Shown one piece after another: positions 9,207-19,500 of a DNA stretch of 64,000 nucleotides. The DNA lies in contig OZ244922.1 of assembly GCA_965221905.1 (NCBI GenBank), positions 1,824,001 through 1,888,000 of the forward strand, in the 5' to 3' direction. Within the stretch, counting starts at the first letter, position 1; the number at the start of each line of letters is the position of its first letter. A program made the translations under genes and the position numbers. This DNA is from Chloroflexota bacterium (GTDB lineage: Bacteria; Chloroflexota; UBA11872; VXOZ01). Below the pieces are notes generated by a model. The model ran no database searches and was not told the origin of the DNA. It was given only the letters and a program-made list of their open reading frames with translations.

Positions 9207-10394
9207 TTAGCGGTTCTGGCGGTTAATGCGTTTCCGCAAGAAAGTGGGTACTTCAAGGTCGTGCTCGGCATCGATCTCGTCCATCTCATCTTCGCTGATG
9301 GGAACCACAGGAGGCCGTTCTCCCGGCTCTGGGGCGCGAGGCTCCAAGGCGCTGCGCACATTGGACCGGCGCAGGTCTTGCTCGTCGAAACCGGTGGCAA
9401 TCACAGTAATCTGTATATCGGAACTCATAGCTTCATCGATTACTGAGCCAAAGATGATTTGCGCGTCCGGGTCGGCAGCATTGGATATTATCTCTGCTGC
9501 TTGCGAAACTTCGTGCAAACTCATGTCAGGTCCGCCCGTGAAGTTGAGCAAGATGCCCTTGGCGCCGTCGATAGACATCTCGAGCAACGGATTTGCCAAG
9601 GCATCGCGCATTGCGTCAGAAGCGCGGTTCTCGCCGCTCCCATAGCCGATTGCCATGTAGGCAGTGCCGGAATTCTGCATGATGGCTTTGACGTCGTTAA
9701 AATCCAGATTAATTAGTCCGGGCTGCGTAATAAGATCCGAAATACCTTGCACCGCTTGGCGCAGCACCTCATCCGCCAGTCGAAATGCTTCGGTAATCGG
9801 CGTATTCTTGGGCGCAATTTCCAGAATTCGGTCATTGGGAATAGTGATGAGCGTATCCACGTGCTCCCGGATTTTGCGGATACCTTCCTCACTGATGCGC
9901 TTACGCGGAACACCTTCCCACGTGAAGGGCCGAGTGACGACACCAACGGTCAAATCAGCAATGTTGCGTGAGATTTCGCCAATTACGGGCGCTGCGCCCG
10001 TTCCGGTTCCGCCCCCCATGCCGACAGCGATAAATACCATGTCCGCGCCGCGAAGCGCGTCCTGGAGCTCTTCGTAGGCTTCTTCCGCGGCTTTTTCCCC
10101 AACAGCCGGCTTACCACCTGCGCCAAGACCCTTGGTCAGCTTATCGCCAATCCGAATGCGAGACTCGGCCAGGGAACTCATTAGCGTTTGAGCATCGGTG
10201 TTCACAGCGATAAACTCAACGCCGCTTACGCCGCTTTCAATCATGCGGTCGACTGCATTGCCGCCCGCGCCGCCCGCACCAACCACCTTGATTTGTGCCC
10301 AAGATTCTTGGCGCTGCCGGGGGTCTAAACTCTCTGCATCGTCACCCGGGCTCGACGGAAGTCGAGAAATGCGGTTTTCTGCACCGTTTGCCAT
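9207..10394 (-). CDS. ftsZ: Cell division protein FtsZ
   Basis: IKVVGAGGAGGNAV, NTDAQ, tubulin signature GMGGGTGTG, LINLDFNDV, C-terminal EVPTFLR. Confidence 0.97.
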   Translation of the reverse strand: MANGAENRISRLPSSPGDDAESLDPRQRQESWAQIKVVGAGGAGGNAVDRMIESGVSGVEFIAVNTDAQTLMSSLAESRIRIGDKLTKGLGAGGKPAVGEKAAEEAYEELQDALRGADMVFIAVGMGGGTGTGAAPVIGEISRNIADLTVGVVTRPFTWEGVPRKRISEEGIRKIREHVDTLITIPNDRILEIAPKNTPITEAFRLADEVLRQAVQGISDLITQPGLINLDFNDVKAIMQNSGTAYMAIGYGSGENRASDAMRDALANPLLEMSIDGAKGILLNFTGGPDMSLHEVSQAAEIISNAADPDAQIIFGSVIDEAMSSDIQITVIATGFDEQDLRRSNVRSALEPRAPEPGERPPVVPISEDEMDEIDAEHDLEVPTFLRKRINRQNR

Positions 10395-10414
10395 GGACAC
10401 CACCCTACACTACG

Positions 10415-11656
10415 TTAACTCATCGGATTAAACGATCGCATAAGAGAACCAAGTCTCTCTGCTACCGTGCCAAGGGCAGCCCCCATGGGCCGCCGCCCGC
10501 GTGACCGCTGAAGCTGAGCGGCGTGCAAGGCCATGCCGACCGCAGTAGCAAAATCCGGCCGGCAGATTTCCTCGCTCATGCCCCGCATCACCGGAACCAT
10601 TCCTTGCCGCACAGGAAGACCGAGAACCGCTGATGCCAATTCTTCCAACCCTTGCAACTCAGATCCGCCACCGGTAAAGACCACACCCGCAGGCAACACA
10701 TCGAAGTACCCCGTTCGCCGTATTTCATCCTTGATAAGCTCCAGGATCTCCTCCATACGAGCCGCAACGATCATCGCGAGGTCCCGCTGCTGGAGTACGG
10801 TCCACCCACCGGGATAGAAACCGGGTGCATCAATCTCCGTTTCATCGTCGAGCGCGCCTTCACCTACCGTAGCGTACTGCAACTTTAGCTCTTCCGCAAC
10901 TTCCTGGGGCAATCGCAAGCCATAGGAAATGTCCTTGGTAATGTTGATGCCGCCAAGCGGAATACTAGCAGTATGCCATGGAACGCCATCGGAATACATT
11001 ACCATCTCGGTCGTGCCGCCGCCGATATCCACAAGAACAACGCCAAGCTGCTTTTCTTGGTCGGAAAGTACCGCCTCGGCTGCGGCAAAGGCCTGGGCGG
11101 CGACTTCTCCCTCCACAGCAAGTTCCGCAGCATTTACGCAAGCCTTGAGATTGCGAATTGGTCCCACACTGCCGGTGACCATGTGAACCTCTGCGCCCAG
11201 CGCGTGTCCGTACATGCCGGAGGGATCTCGAATACCTTCAGTGCCATCCAAGATAAACCCAACTGGAAAGGCCATGAGTATCTCGCGGTCATCCGGCATG
11301 GATGCCCTGTGTGCCAATTCCAAAATGTGGTCAATCTCGTTTGGGGAAATTGATCCTTTGGCTTGCTTAACTACAGTTTCTACCCGCACGATCTGCGAGC
11401 TGATATTGCACCCACTTACGCTCAAGTACACCGAGAGAGGTGTCTGGCCGAGGGACTGCCGCAGATTCTGAAGGCAAGCACGGATAGAACCTGTGGTCGC
11501 CTCCATGTCTATAACTGCGCCGCGCTTGACACCATGAGTCGAAGCGACACCCACGCCTAGAACACTTAGAATGCTGCCTGCCGCAGATTCGCATGCGAGC
11601 GCACGCGTCTTGGTGGTACCCACGTCAAGGCTGACGATGAGGTTTTTCTTGGTCAC
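10415..11656 (-). CDS. ftsA: Cell division protein FtsA
   Basis: LDVGTTK, DIGGGTT, GGINITKDI, VFTGGGS; directly upstream of ftsZ. Confidence 0.94.
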   Translation of the reverse strand: MTKKNLIVSLDVGTTKTRALACESAAGSILSVLGVGVASTHGVKRGAVIDMEATTGSIRACLQNLRQSLGQTPLSVYLSVSGCNISSQIVRVETVVKQAKGSISPNEIDHILELAHRASMPDDREILMAFPVGFILDGTEGIRDPSGMYGHALGAEVHMVTGSVGPIRNLKACVNAAELAVEGEVAAQAFAAAEAVLSDQEKQLGVVLVDIGGGTTEMVMYSDGVPWHTASIPLGGINITKDISYGLRLPQEVAEELKLQYATVGEGALDDETEIDAPGFYPGGWTVLQQRDLAMIVAARMEEILELIKDEIRRTGYFDVLPAGVVFTGGGSELQGLEELASAVLGLPVRQGMVPVMRGMSEEICRPDFATAVGMALHAAQLQRSRGRRPMGAALGTVAERLGSLMRSFNPMS

Positions 11657-11694
11657 TTTCCCATACCTACCTTAGCGGGAAAAGAGTATTTACA

Positions 11695-11723
11695 ATTATA
11701 GCTGATAATTGCCCTTCCAGCAA
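11695..11723 (-). promoter_or_regulatory. Putative internal sigma70 promoter for ftsA-ftsZ
   Basis: Minus strand TTGCTG-N17-TATAAT, about 40 nt upstream of the ftsA start. Confidence 0.55.
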
Positions 11724-11769
11724 GCCCCAATTCGGGCGGCTGTCAAGTATCATTATCTGATCGAAACGG

Positions 11770-12600
11770 CTACGTGCGAAATGTCGGACTCCTGTTGGGT
11801 TGTAGATCTATGATATCCAGCAAGAGCTGCTGCTCTCGCGCAACCTTGAGGACAGTCAGCAACTCTTGGGTCTTTTCGACTATACGGTCTGCGCTGCCGT
11901 ACTTGGCTACCCATCCATCCACCGCCTTGACAGATAGACCCTCCTGCGCTGAATAGCGAAACGCATTGATGCCAATGCCTGAATGCGTCAATAGCTCCTG
12001 CAAAAGGAATGCCATCTGCACGGCACTGGCATCGACGCGGTCTCCGCTTCGAATTGGGACTCCTGTTTCGTCGATAATGGTGACCGGAAGATCCGGTGCG
12101 TCGTCGCTGCCCAGGATTTCACCTTCTCGCGAAATCAAGAAGACGTGGCCGTTGGCAATCCAACGGGCTTCCGGTTGTCGTTCTGCCATTTCGACGATGG
12201 CCTGGCCGGGCAACACGAGAAAGAGCCGCGCATCTGCCACCGCCGGCAATCGCGCTATTTCCCTCGTCACTTGATTGGGATCGAGCAAGAAGATCGGTTG
12301 CCCTACGAGCCCTGTGAACGACTGGATCTTAACGAGGGAATCATCTCCGGCAAGTGTGGGCGGAGTGATGCGACGTATGGAAACTATGGAAACGTGGAAC
12401 TCGGGCGAAGTCAGGACTCCCCAAAGCGCAAATGAAATAGATGAGACAACGAGCAGCGAGATCCAGCGGTGGCCGAAGGATCGCACCCCCCGTCGCAAGG
12501 CGCGAAACATCCGACCAATCTTGCCGACATTGCCGGGCGTGTTCTGTTTGCTCACTCTTGCTGCCACAGCTCTATTGTCCCCATTCGCCGAAAAACTCAA
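11770..12600 (-). CDS. ftsQ: FtsQ/DivIB family cell division protein
   Basis: Basic N-terminus, one TM helix, POTRA-like segment (GQPIFLLD..LPAV..P..V..ERQP); position between murB and ftsA. True start is probably GTG near 12567. Confidence 0.8.
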   Translation of the reverse strand: MSFSANGDNRAVAARVSKQNTPGNVGKIGRMFRALRRGVRSFGHRWISLLVVSSISFALWGVLTSPEFHVSIVSIRRITPPTLAGDDSLVKIQSFTGLVGQPIFLLDPNQVTREIARLPAVADARLFLVLPGQAIVEMAERQPEARWIANGHVFLISREGEILGSDDAPDLPVTIIDETGVPIRSGDRVDASAVQMAFLLQELLTHSGIGINAFRYSAQEGLSVKAVDGWVAKYGSADRIVEKTQELLTVLKVAREQQLLLDIIDLQPNRSPTFRT

Positions 12601-13546
12601 CTTCTCGTTGCAATTCTATGTGCAAGCGAGACCGCACCGCCTCTTCAGTTTCTCGAATTAACGCGTAAACGTCGTCCGCGGTCGCAGTGCCGTTGTTGAT
12701 GATGAAGTTTGCGTGCAAACGTGAAATGTGTGCTCCCCCGATTTCTCGGCCACGCATTCCAGCTTGGTCGATTAGCTGCCACGCGCTCAGTGCGGCAGGA
12801 TTTCGGAATACCGATCCAGAACTCGGTGCAGTGGGCTGGGTCCGCTGGCGCGTTTGCAGGCGTTCCTTGATAGCAGAGAGAATTCGAGTTGCGTCTCCCG
12901 GCGTTAGCCGCATCTCTGCTCCAAGCACGACGGCATGTCCGGGGCACTCCTTAATCACGCTCGTGCGATAGCCGTACCGCATTTCATCCGGGTACATCCA
13001 ACGCTCGCCATGACGATCCAACACCCTGATGCGAGCAACCGAGTCCGCCGCCGTCCACCCATAAACGCCGGCATTGTTAACTACCGCGCCACCCACGGTG
13101 CCTGGGATTGTCGCGGCGCCTTCGAGCCCGGAGAGCCCTAAGGCGGCAGTCCAACGCGCAGTACTGATAAGGGAGCACCCTGCATCTGCCCAGATTGAGA
13201 CACCGTCTGCGCAAAGACTGCGGTCGCCTCCGTGGTTGCGAATTACCAACCCGCGAAGACCTGCTTGGGCAGCAATGAGATTGGTCCCGTCTCCAATGAC
13301 GCGAAAGGGGAGTGCCTGCCCGTAGGCTTCTGCTGCCACCGCGCGCAACGCCTCGCGAGACCGCACGCGAATCAACAGGTCTGCCGGCCCCCCCACGCGC
13401 ACTGACGTGTGCTTTGCCATCGGCTCGCTCCATGCAGGCTTAAGGCTGAGAGGTGGTTGTGCCGCGACGGCAGCAACGCGAGCCAACTTGCTCGCAGGCG
13501 CATGCTCCGGGGGTGGACGTTCGTCATGCACGGTGTTCACGCTCAC
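12572..13546 (-). CDS. murB: UDP-N-acetylenolpyruvoylglucosamine reductase
   Basis: HTSVRVGGPA, G.GTN, IPGTVGGAVVNNAG, YR.S, QP..PSSGSVFRNP, HANFIIN; GTG 13546 overlaps the murC stop (GTGA). Confidence 0.93.
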   Translation of the reverse strand: MSVNTVHDERPPPEHAPASKLARVAAVAAQPPLSLKPAWSEPMAKHTSVRVGGPADLLIRVRSREALRAVAAEAYGQALPFRVIGDGTNLIAAQAGLRGLVIRNHGGDRSLCADGVSIWADAGCSLISTARWTAALGLSGLEGAATIPGTVGGAVVNNAGVYGWTAADSVARIRVLDRHGERWMYPDEMRYGYRTSVIKECPGHAVVLGAEMRLTPGDATRILSAIKERLQTRQRTQPTAPSSGSVFRNPAALSAWQLIDQAGMRGREIGGAHISRLHANFIINNGTATADDVYALIRETEEAVRSRLHIELQREVEFFGEWGQ

Positions 13547-14964
13547 GATGGGTTTTCCATTGAAGTACGAGAATGCAGGTATTCGAGCAACGGATCGCAC
13601 AACTCAGTAATGTCTCCGGCGCCCATTACGATTACGAGGTCCTCCGGTTCAGCCAACTGCGTTACCTGCGCCAGCGCGTCGCTGAGCGTGGCAGCATATC
13701 GGGGGTCGCTCGGTCTTTCAATAGCATTTGCAAGGTCGGCGCTCGATAGGGTCAATGGGTCTTCGCGACCGGTCGGCTGATAGATCTCCACGAGAATGAG
13801 CTTATCGGCGCCGCGGAACGCCTCTCTAAAGTCTGCAAAGAGGTCGGCAGTGCGACTGCGCAGATGCGGCTGAAAGACGCAAATGATCCGACCCTCATGC
13901 CAATCTCGCGCAGCACGCAGCGACGCTCGGACTTCAGTCGGATGGTGGGCATAGTCATCTACTACAGTAACATTGCCCACTCTTCCGCGTAATTCGAAGC
14001 GGCGCCGCACGCCGCGAAAGTAGCTGAGGGCCAATGCAACAGAGCCGGCGGGCACGCCAAGAGCATCGAGCGCAGTTATGCAGGCCAAAGCATTGAGCAC
14101 GTTGTGGATACCGGGAACTTTCAATGAAAGCTGGTGGCGTTCGCCTGAAGCACTCTCTATCGTTGCCATGAATCCGTTGCCCTTGCGCGGGGCGAGCTCT
14201 GTGCAAACCCAATCGGCATTGCCGCGCAGAGACCAGGTTCGCAGCCTGCGCTCCGCCGGGACGGCAATCCGGCGGCACGCTGCACTATCGGCGTGTGTTG
14301 CCAGTGTGCCGTCTTCGGGTAACTTGCCCACAAATGCTTGGAATGCACTTTCCAAACTCTCCAATGAACCGTATGTATCCAGATGATCGGCTTCAACGGC
14401 AGTAACCACTGCAACCGTGGGAAAGAGCTCAAGGAAGGCGCGGTCGAACTCATCGGCCTCGATCACCATTGTCTTACCTGTTCCCCAATGTGAGCTATGG
14501 GGAAAGTTCTGCGGTTCGCCGCCAATCATGAACGATGGGTCATGCTTGGTGACGCGCAAAGCGTGAGTGATCATGGTGCTAGTAGTGGTCTTGCCATGGG
14601 TGCCTGCGACGGCCACCGTGGTCTTCCCGAGTGTAAATGCTCCTTGCAGCACCGCGCGCTTGACTGCAGGTATGCCTTGCCGCTGCGCGGCGATTAGCTC
14701 GGAGTTGTCAGGGGAGATTGCGGAGCTGTATACGGCTAGATCCGACCCGAGTACGCTGTCTGCCTCATGTCCCACCGCCACGTTTACTCCCTGGCTCCGT
14801 AGGGCGTCGAGGCTGGCTGATTCTGCCACGTCCGAGCCACTGACCTGATGCCCTTGAATCGTTAGAATGCGCGCCAGTCCTGACATCGCGGCGCCGCCTA
14901 CCCCAACGAGGTGGACCCGACGCGTATTCGCATCCAAGAATTGCTTTAGTTCGTACGCGTTCAT
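13543..14964 (-). CDS. murC: UDP-N-acetylmuramate--L-alanine ligase
   Basis: HLVGVGGAAMSGLA, GTHGKTTT, EADE, DHLD, RRFE, DDYAHHPTE, FQPH, MGAGD. Confidence 0.95.
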   Translation of the reverse strand: MNAYELKQFLDANTRRVHLVGVGGAAMSGLARILTIQGHQVSGSDVAESASLDALRSQGVNVAVGHEADSVLGSDLAVYSSAISPDNSELIAAQRQGIPAVKRAVLQGAFTLGKTTVAVAGTHGKTTTSTMITHALRVTKHDPSFMIGGEPQNFPHSSHWGTGKTMVIEADEFDRAFLELFPTVAVVTAVEADHLDTYGSLESLESAFQAFVGKLPEDGTLATHADSAACRRIAVPAERRLRTWSLRGNADWVCTELAPRKGNGFMATIESASGERHQLSLKVPGIHNVLNALACITALDALGVPAGSVALALSYFRGVRRRFELRGRVGNVTVVDDYAHHPTEVRASLRAARDWHEGRIICVFQPHLRSRTADLFADFREAFRGADKLILVEIYQPTGREDPLTLSSADLANAIERPSDPRYAATLSDALAQVTQLAEPEDLVIVMGAGDITELCDPLLEYLHSRTSMENPS

Positions 14965-14973
14965 GCCATACTT

Positions 14974-16203
14974 CTAGGTTCTGGGACTGCCATCAGGCCT
15001 GACACTCCAGCGATGACGGCTCTTCTCTCTTGAGGCGCTTGCAGTTTGGGTCGAAATATTCAGGAGCAACCCCATTGCAATTGAGCAGGCAAGCAGCGAC
15101 GATCCGCCTGCGCTGACAAAGGGAAGTGGAATACCGGTGAATGGCAGCAATCCGGTAACTACCGCCATGTTTAGTAGGGCTTGCCCAAAGAGCCCGCACG
15201 TGACCCCCAGGGCGAGCAACTGGCCGAACATGTCGGGAGCATTCACGGCGACGCTGAAGCCGCGCCACGCCAGCAGTACATAGAGAATCAGAATTGCGAG
15301 AGTGCCGATGAGACCCAACTCTTCGCCTATTACGGCATAGATTGTGTCGGTGTGTGGTTCCGGCATGTAAAAGAACTTTTGCATCCCCCGACCGAGGCCG
15401 ACACCTGTGATCTTGCCTGAACCAAAGGCCAAGAAGGCCTGGTTTATGTGGTGTGAGACGTTGTCTTGATACTGTGGATTGTAGGGATCTACAAAAGCTC
15501 TGAGCCGCTGTAATCGATACGGTTCCAGCACGATGGCATACCAGGCGGCAAGCGATCCCGCGGCAATCAAGCCGAGTAGAAAGAGGATCGGGATGCGTGC
15601 CACTACAAGAATTGTTAGGCCAATGAGCAGAATCATGATTGCCGTACCGAGGTCCGGTTGCTGAGCGACAATTGCCGCAACAAGCCCAATAATCAGGGTG
15701 GGCATCAAGAAGCTAACCAGTTTGTTCACCCCTTCCTCGCGTTTGGCGAGGACTTGGGCAAGGTAGAGGATAATGATGGGCTTGGCTAATTCACTGGGCT
15801 GCAGGCTCACCGATCCCCATCGTATCCAACGTGCAGAACCTCGCGCTACGTACCCAATGTCGGTCACTGCCATCAACAATAGTATCGCTACTATAGCTGC
15901 CAAGAGCCAGAAGGTAAGGTTGATGCCGAGGAACTGTATTCGGCTAAACCAGTGGTAGTCGATCCGCATCATGGTAAATGCCGCCGCCAATCCTACGATT
16001 AGAAACAATAACTGGCGACGGAAGTAGTAATGGGGGTCGCCTGTCTCTGCGTAGGAAACGGCGATACTGGCACTGTAGATTGCAATGAGGCCGATCAAGG
16101 GCAATGCCAGCATGAGGACGGTCAGCGGCACATCCGGCCAACGTGCGCGCTGCGCGTCGTCAGACCAGTTCGCAGGAACAATTCGCGGCAGGATGCGCAG
16201 CAT
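14974..16203 (-). CDS. ftsW: FtsW (SEDS peptidoglycan polymerase)
   Basis: RW, QPSELAK, QPDLGT, PEPHTD, EELG, TGIPLPFVSAGGSS; multiple TM helices. Confidence 0.93.
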   Translation of the reverse strand: MLRILPRIVPANWSDDAQRARWPDVPLTVLMLALPLIGLIAIYSASIAVSYAETGDPHYYFRRQLLFLIVGLAAAFTMMRIDYHWFSRIQFLGINLTFWLLAAIVAILLLMAVTDIGYVARGSARWIRWGSVSLQPSELAKPIIILYLAQVLAKREEGVNKLVSFLMPTLIIGLVAAIVAQQPDLGTAIMILLIGLTILVVARIPILFLLGLIAAGSLAAWYAIVLEPYRLQRLRAFVDPYNPQYQDNVSHHINQAFLAFGSGKITGVGLGRGMQKFFYMPEPHTDTIYAVIGEELGLIGTLAILILYVLLAWRGFSVAVNAPDMFGQLLALGVTCGLFGQALLNMAVVTGLLPFTGIPLPFVSAGGSSLLACSIAMGLLLNISTQTASASREKSRHRWSVRPDGSPRT

Positions 16204-16208
16204 TGGCT

Positions 16209-17966
16209 TTAGCCTAATCCGTCCTTAGCAACGGTTGGTTGGGATGCTGAACGTGGAATGTGATAGTAACGGAACAATTCGGAAGCGATTGAACGAAATA
16301 CCGGCGCGGCGACCAGAGAGCCCCAGGGCTCCACGGTCGGTTGGTCGATCTTGACCAGAATTACAAATCTGGGATCTTCCACGGGGCCAAACCCAACATA
16401 TGAAGCGATAGTCAATTCTTCGTGGTATCCGCCAGTCTCTAACGGGATAGAAGCGGTGCCAGTCTTGCCGGCAACCTCGTATCCTGCAACGATGTGCATC
16501 TTGCTTTCAGAACGCTTGCTAGCATTCACGAGCATTGCAACAAGGGTGCGTGCGGCATCTTCGCGAACGACGCGGCGTACTGCAATGGGTTGTACGCGTT
16601 CGACACCGTCTTCCGTATGAATCTCTTGTACTACATACGGCCGCATGAGCACGCCGTCATTGACGATGGCGGCCACCGCCGTTATGAGTTGGAGTGGCGT
16701 CACCGCGATCCCTTGACCGTATGCGTTTGTAGCGAGACTTGACGGATACCAATACGGCGAACTCGGCGTGAGAACGTGACCGCCTACCTCACCCCACAGG
16801 TCAACACCCGTTGGCTCGCCAAAGCCGAATGCGGCTACATATTCATAGAATAGGTCTTTGCCCATCCAATCGCCCACGTGCACGGCGCCAACGTTGCTGG
16901 AGTGGGCTATGAGGTCGGTCATGTCGCTCTCGCCATGGCCCTTCTCATCCCAGTTCTTTATCTCCGCGCCGCCGTACTCGATGCTGCCGGAATCGTAGAA
17001 CTTTCTTTCCGGTGTGATTACGCCTGCGTCCAATGCACCGGCCAGTGTAATCAACTTGAAGGTAGAGCCAGGTTCAAACTGCATGCTAATCGCAGGATTG
17101 GCATAGGCATCTTGGCTTGGGCTGTGGAACTCTTGGTAGTGGTTAGAGTCGTACGTGGGGCGGCTTGCCATGGCGATGATGGCGCCGGTCTTTGGGTCCA
17201 TAACAATGATGGAGCCGCTTGACGCGCCGTAGCGTTCTAGCGCGGATTCGAGTTCGCGCTCTACGATGTGCTGCACGCCGCCATCCAATGTAAGAACCAG
17301 GTCTGCGCCCGGTTCCGCGCGTTCCAGCACCCAGGTTGCCTCTCCCGCTTCACCACCGAAAGGCGCGCGGGAGCTCAACCGCCGCCCAGGCGACCCTCGC
17401 AGCAGGTCCTCATAATGCCCTTCTATTCCGTATTGGCCGCTGCCGCTCCGGCTGTAGAACCCCACGACGTGGGCGGCAAGCATGCCAAACGGGTAGGTGC
17501 GGTAGGGCATGAAGCTTAGCGTGATGCCGGGAGCCTTGCCGGTCTGTCTCAGTCGATTGATGCTTTCGCTGATGTTCGGCGATACGCCCTTTGCGAGCAG
17601 CGTATATGTCTTGTCGGGTTGGTTCAAGAGTGCAGCAATCTGTTCTGGAGGCACGCCAAGAACCTGCCCTAGCTCGCTAGCAACGGCTTGCGCAGACCTG
17701 CCGCTTCCCCGTATCTGATTTGGTGCCGCTTCAACGTCGGCAAGGTACTCTGCCGTTGCAAGCAGAGTGAGGTTCACATCCAGGATGCTGCCCCGCTGAG
17801 GCACGATTTGCGTGTCATTCTGGTGCTGTTTCTGTGCCTGTGCCGCGAGCTTATCGCTTTCGATAACCTGCAATGAGATAAGTGCTCCGGCTACCGCCAG
17901 AGCGCCAAGCAGCGACAAGAACTGTATGATGCGAATGCGCACAGAACTCAAGGATTCAAGAGGCAT
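16209..17966 (-). CDS. ftsI: Class B penicillin-binding protein (FtsI/PBP2 family)
   Basis: RGSILD, R.YP, EPGSTFK (SxxK), SSNVG (SxN), GKTGT (KTG); start refined to ATG 17966. Confidence 0.92.
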   Translation of the reverse strand: MPLESLSSVRIRIIQFLSLLGALAVAGALISLQVIESDKLAAQAQKQHQNDTQIVPQRGSILDVNLTLLATAEYLADVEAAPNQIRGSGRSAQAVASELGQVLGVPPEQIAALLNQPDKTYTLLAKGVSPNISESINRLRQTGKAPGITLSFMPYRTYPFGMLAAHVVGFYSRSGSGQYGIEGHYEDLLRGSPGRRLSSRAPFGGEAGEATWVLERAEPGADLVLTLDGGVQHIVERELESALERYGASSGSIIVMDPKTGAIIAMASRPTYDSNHYQEFHSPSQDAYANPAISMQFEPGSTFKLITLAGALDAGVITPERKFYDSGSIEYGGAEIKNWDEKGHGESDMTDLIAHSSNVGAVHVGDWMGKDLFYEYVAAFGFGEPTGVDLWGEVGGHVLTPSSPYWYPSSLATNAYGQGIAVTPLQLITAVAAIVNDGVLMRPYVVQEIHTEDGVERVQPIAVRRVVREDAARTLVAMLVNASKRSESKMHIVAGYEVAGKTGTASIPLETGGYHEELTIASYVGFGPVEDPRFVILVKIDQPTVEPWGSLVAAPVFRSIASELFRYYHIPRSASQPTVAKDGLG

Positions 17967-18429
17967 CAGCAACCTCCCCGCCAAAGAGCACGTTGAATTG
18001 CTCACGAATAAGGTCCCAGCGGCTGCTGAACGGCAGGTCGGCCTCATTTGCGTTGCCGTCTTGCGGCAACTGCAATTGCCTGGCGCTTTCCGGCACTTGC
18101 GCGAAGTGCACCTGCTCCGCCGGTATCATGCCTAGCTGCTTTCTAGCAACGAGCTCGATGGTGCGAAGATCACCAGCTTGGGCGATCTGAGTGCGGAGCA
18201 ATTGGTTTTCCCGTTCGATTTGCTCGATGGTTCGTTCCAGTCCCTGAATGCGAAAACCTGCGTCTGCCACTTGCCCGGCGGGCATCAAGTAGAGCAGTGC
18301 GATAAGGAAGAGCACGAGTATGCCCATGTCTACGGCAACATGAGGGCTCAATTCGTAATACCATGGCTTGCGGTCTGGGCTGGCTGCCCTTGCGGTCGGT
18401 CGTGGGAGGATTGATTCTTGTTGCGCCAT
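17956..18429 (-). CDS. ftsL: FtsL-like bitopic coiled-coil protein
   Basis: One TM helix, leucine-zipper-like segment, IELVARKQLGM; canonical slot between rsmH and ftsI. Confidence 0.7.
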   Translation of the reverse strand: MAQQESILPRPTARAASPDRKPWYYELSPHVAVDMGILVLFLIALLYLMPAGQVADAGFRIQGLERTIEQIERENQLLRTQIAQAGDLRTIELVARKQLGMIPAEQVHFAQVPESARQLQLPQDGNANEADLPFSSRWDLIREQFNVLFGGEVADAS

Positions 18430-18441
18430 CGGTCGCTCTTC

Positions 18442-19383
18442 TTAAATGCGTTCGGCGATGCGTAGTCGCGCGCTGCGGCAGCGCGGGTTCCGTACTAGCT
18501 CCATCTGATCGGGACGAATGGGTTTTCGCGTCAGCACACGCAGCGTTTCACGTGGATTGCAGACACATTGCGGAATGTTCCCCGGGCAGATGCACCGCCC
18601 CGCCGCACGTTGCAGGAATCCCTTAACGATCCGGTCCTCCAAGCTGTGAAAGGCTATCACTACCAAGCGCCCCCCGGAAGTGAGAAGGTCACGAGCCTGT
18701 TCCAAGGCGCTCTGCAGATGGTCGAGTTCCCCATTCACGGCAATGCGCAAGGCTTGAAAGGTCCGCGTGGCCGGGTGGATGCGGTGTCTGCCCCTCCCAT
18801 AGGCGGATTGGACGATTTTGGCCAAATCGGAAACCAAGGCAAGCGGGCGTTCTCTTCGGCGCTCCACAATGCGCCGTGCAATACGCCGTGAGTATCGTTC
18901 TTCTCCGTAGTTCCAGATAAGGTTTGCAAGGGCTTCTTGGTCCCAGGTGTTAACGATTGTCGCCGCGGTAAGGCCCTGTGCCGGGTTCATGCGCATGTCA
19001 AGCGGGCCTTCTTGTTGCAAGGAAAACCCGCGCCGCGGACTTGCAAGTTGTAGGGAAGACATGCCCAGATCGAATAAGATACCGTTTATCTCGCGAAAGC
19101 CGGCCTGCTCGGCCGCGGCAAGGAGCTGGACGAAGTTTCGCTGCAAGAGCACTGCACGCTTGCCAAACCCCTGTAAGCGCAGCTCACAGCGGCTTAGTGC
19201 GTGCGGGTCGAGGTCCAGTCCGAGCAGCCGACCGGTGGGCGTGCTTTGAGAAAGTATCCCCTCGGCGTGTCCGCCGCCATTTACCGTGCAGTCAATGTAG
19301 TTTCCACCCTTGTTCGCCTGGAGCGCTTCTAGCACAATAGGGAGCAGGACGGGTATGTGTCTCGGTAGCACCTGAGACTGCAT
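18442..19383 (-). CDS. rsmH: 16S rRNA m4C1402 methyltransferase
   Basis: HIPVLL, DCT.NGGGH, DLGMSS, LDMRM, FQALRIAVN, FHSLEDR, RSARLR. Confidence 0.96.
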   Translation of the reverse strand: MQSQVLPRHIPVLLPIVLEALQANKGGNYIDCTVNGGGHAEGILSQSTPTGRLLGLDLDPHALSRCELRLQGFGKRAVLLQRNFVQLLAAAEQAGFREINGILFDLGMSSLQLASPRRGFSLQQEGPLDMRMNPAQGLTAATIVNTWDQEALANLIWNYGEERYSRRIARRIVERRRERPLALVSDLAKIVQSAYGRGRHRIHPATRTFQALRIAVNGELDHLQSALEQARDLLTSGGRLVVIAFHSLEDRIVKGFLQRAAGRCICPGNIPQCVCNPRETLRVLTRKPIRPDQMELVRNPRCRSARLRIAERI

Positions 19384-19500
19384 TGGGCGTTTCCTGGCGC
19401 TTGATTGACCTACGGCAGGGAAGTTGTTGTACTTAAAGCGTGACTGCTAGCGTGAACGACAAGACCGGACATTCTCAATGACTGCAATCATCGGGGATAG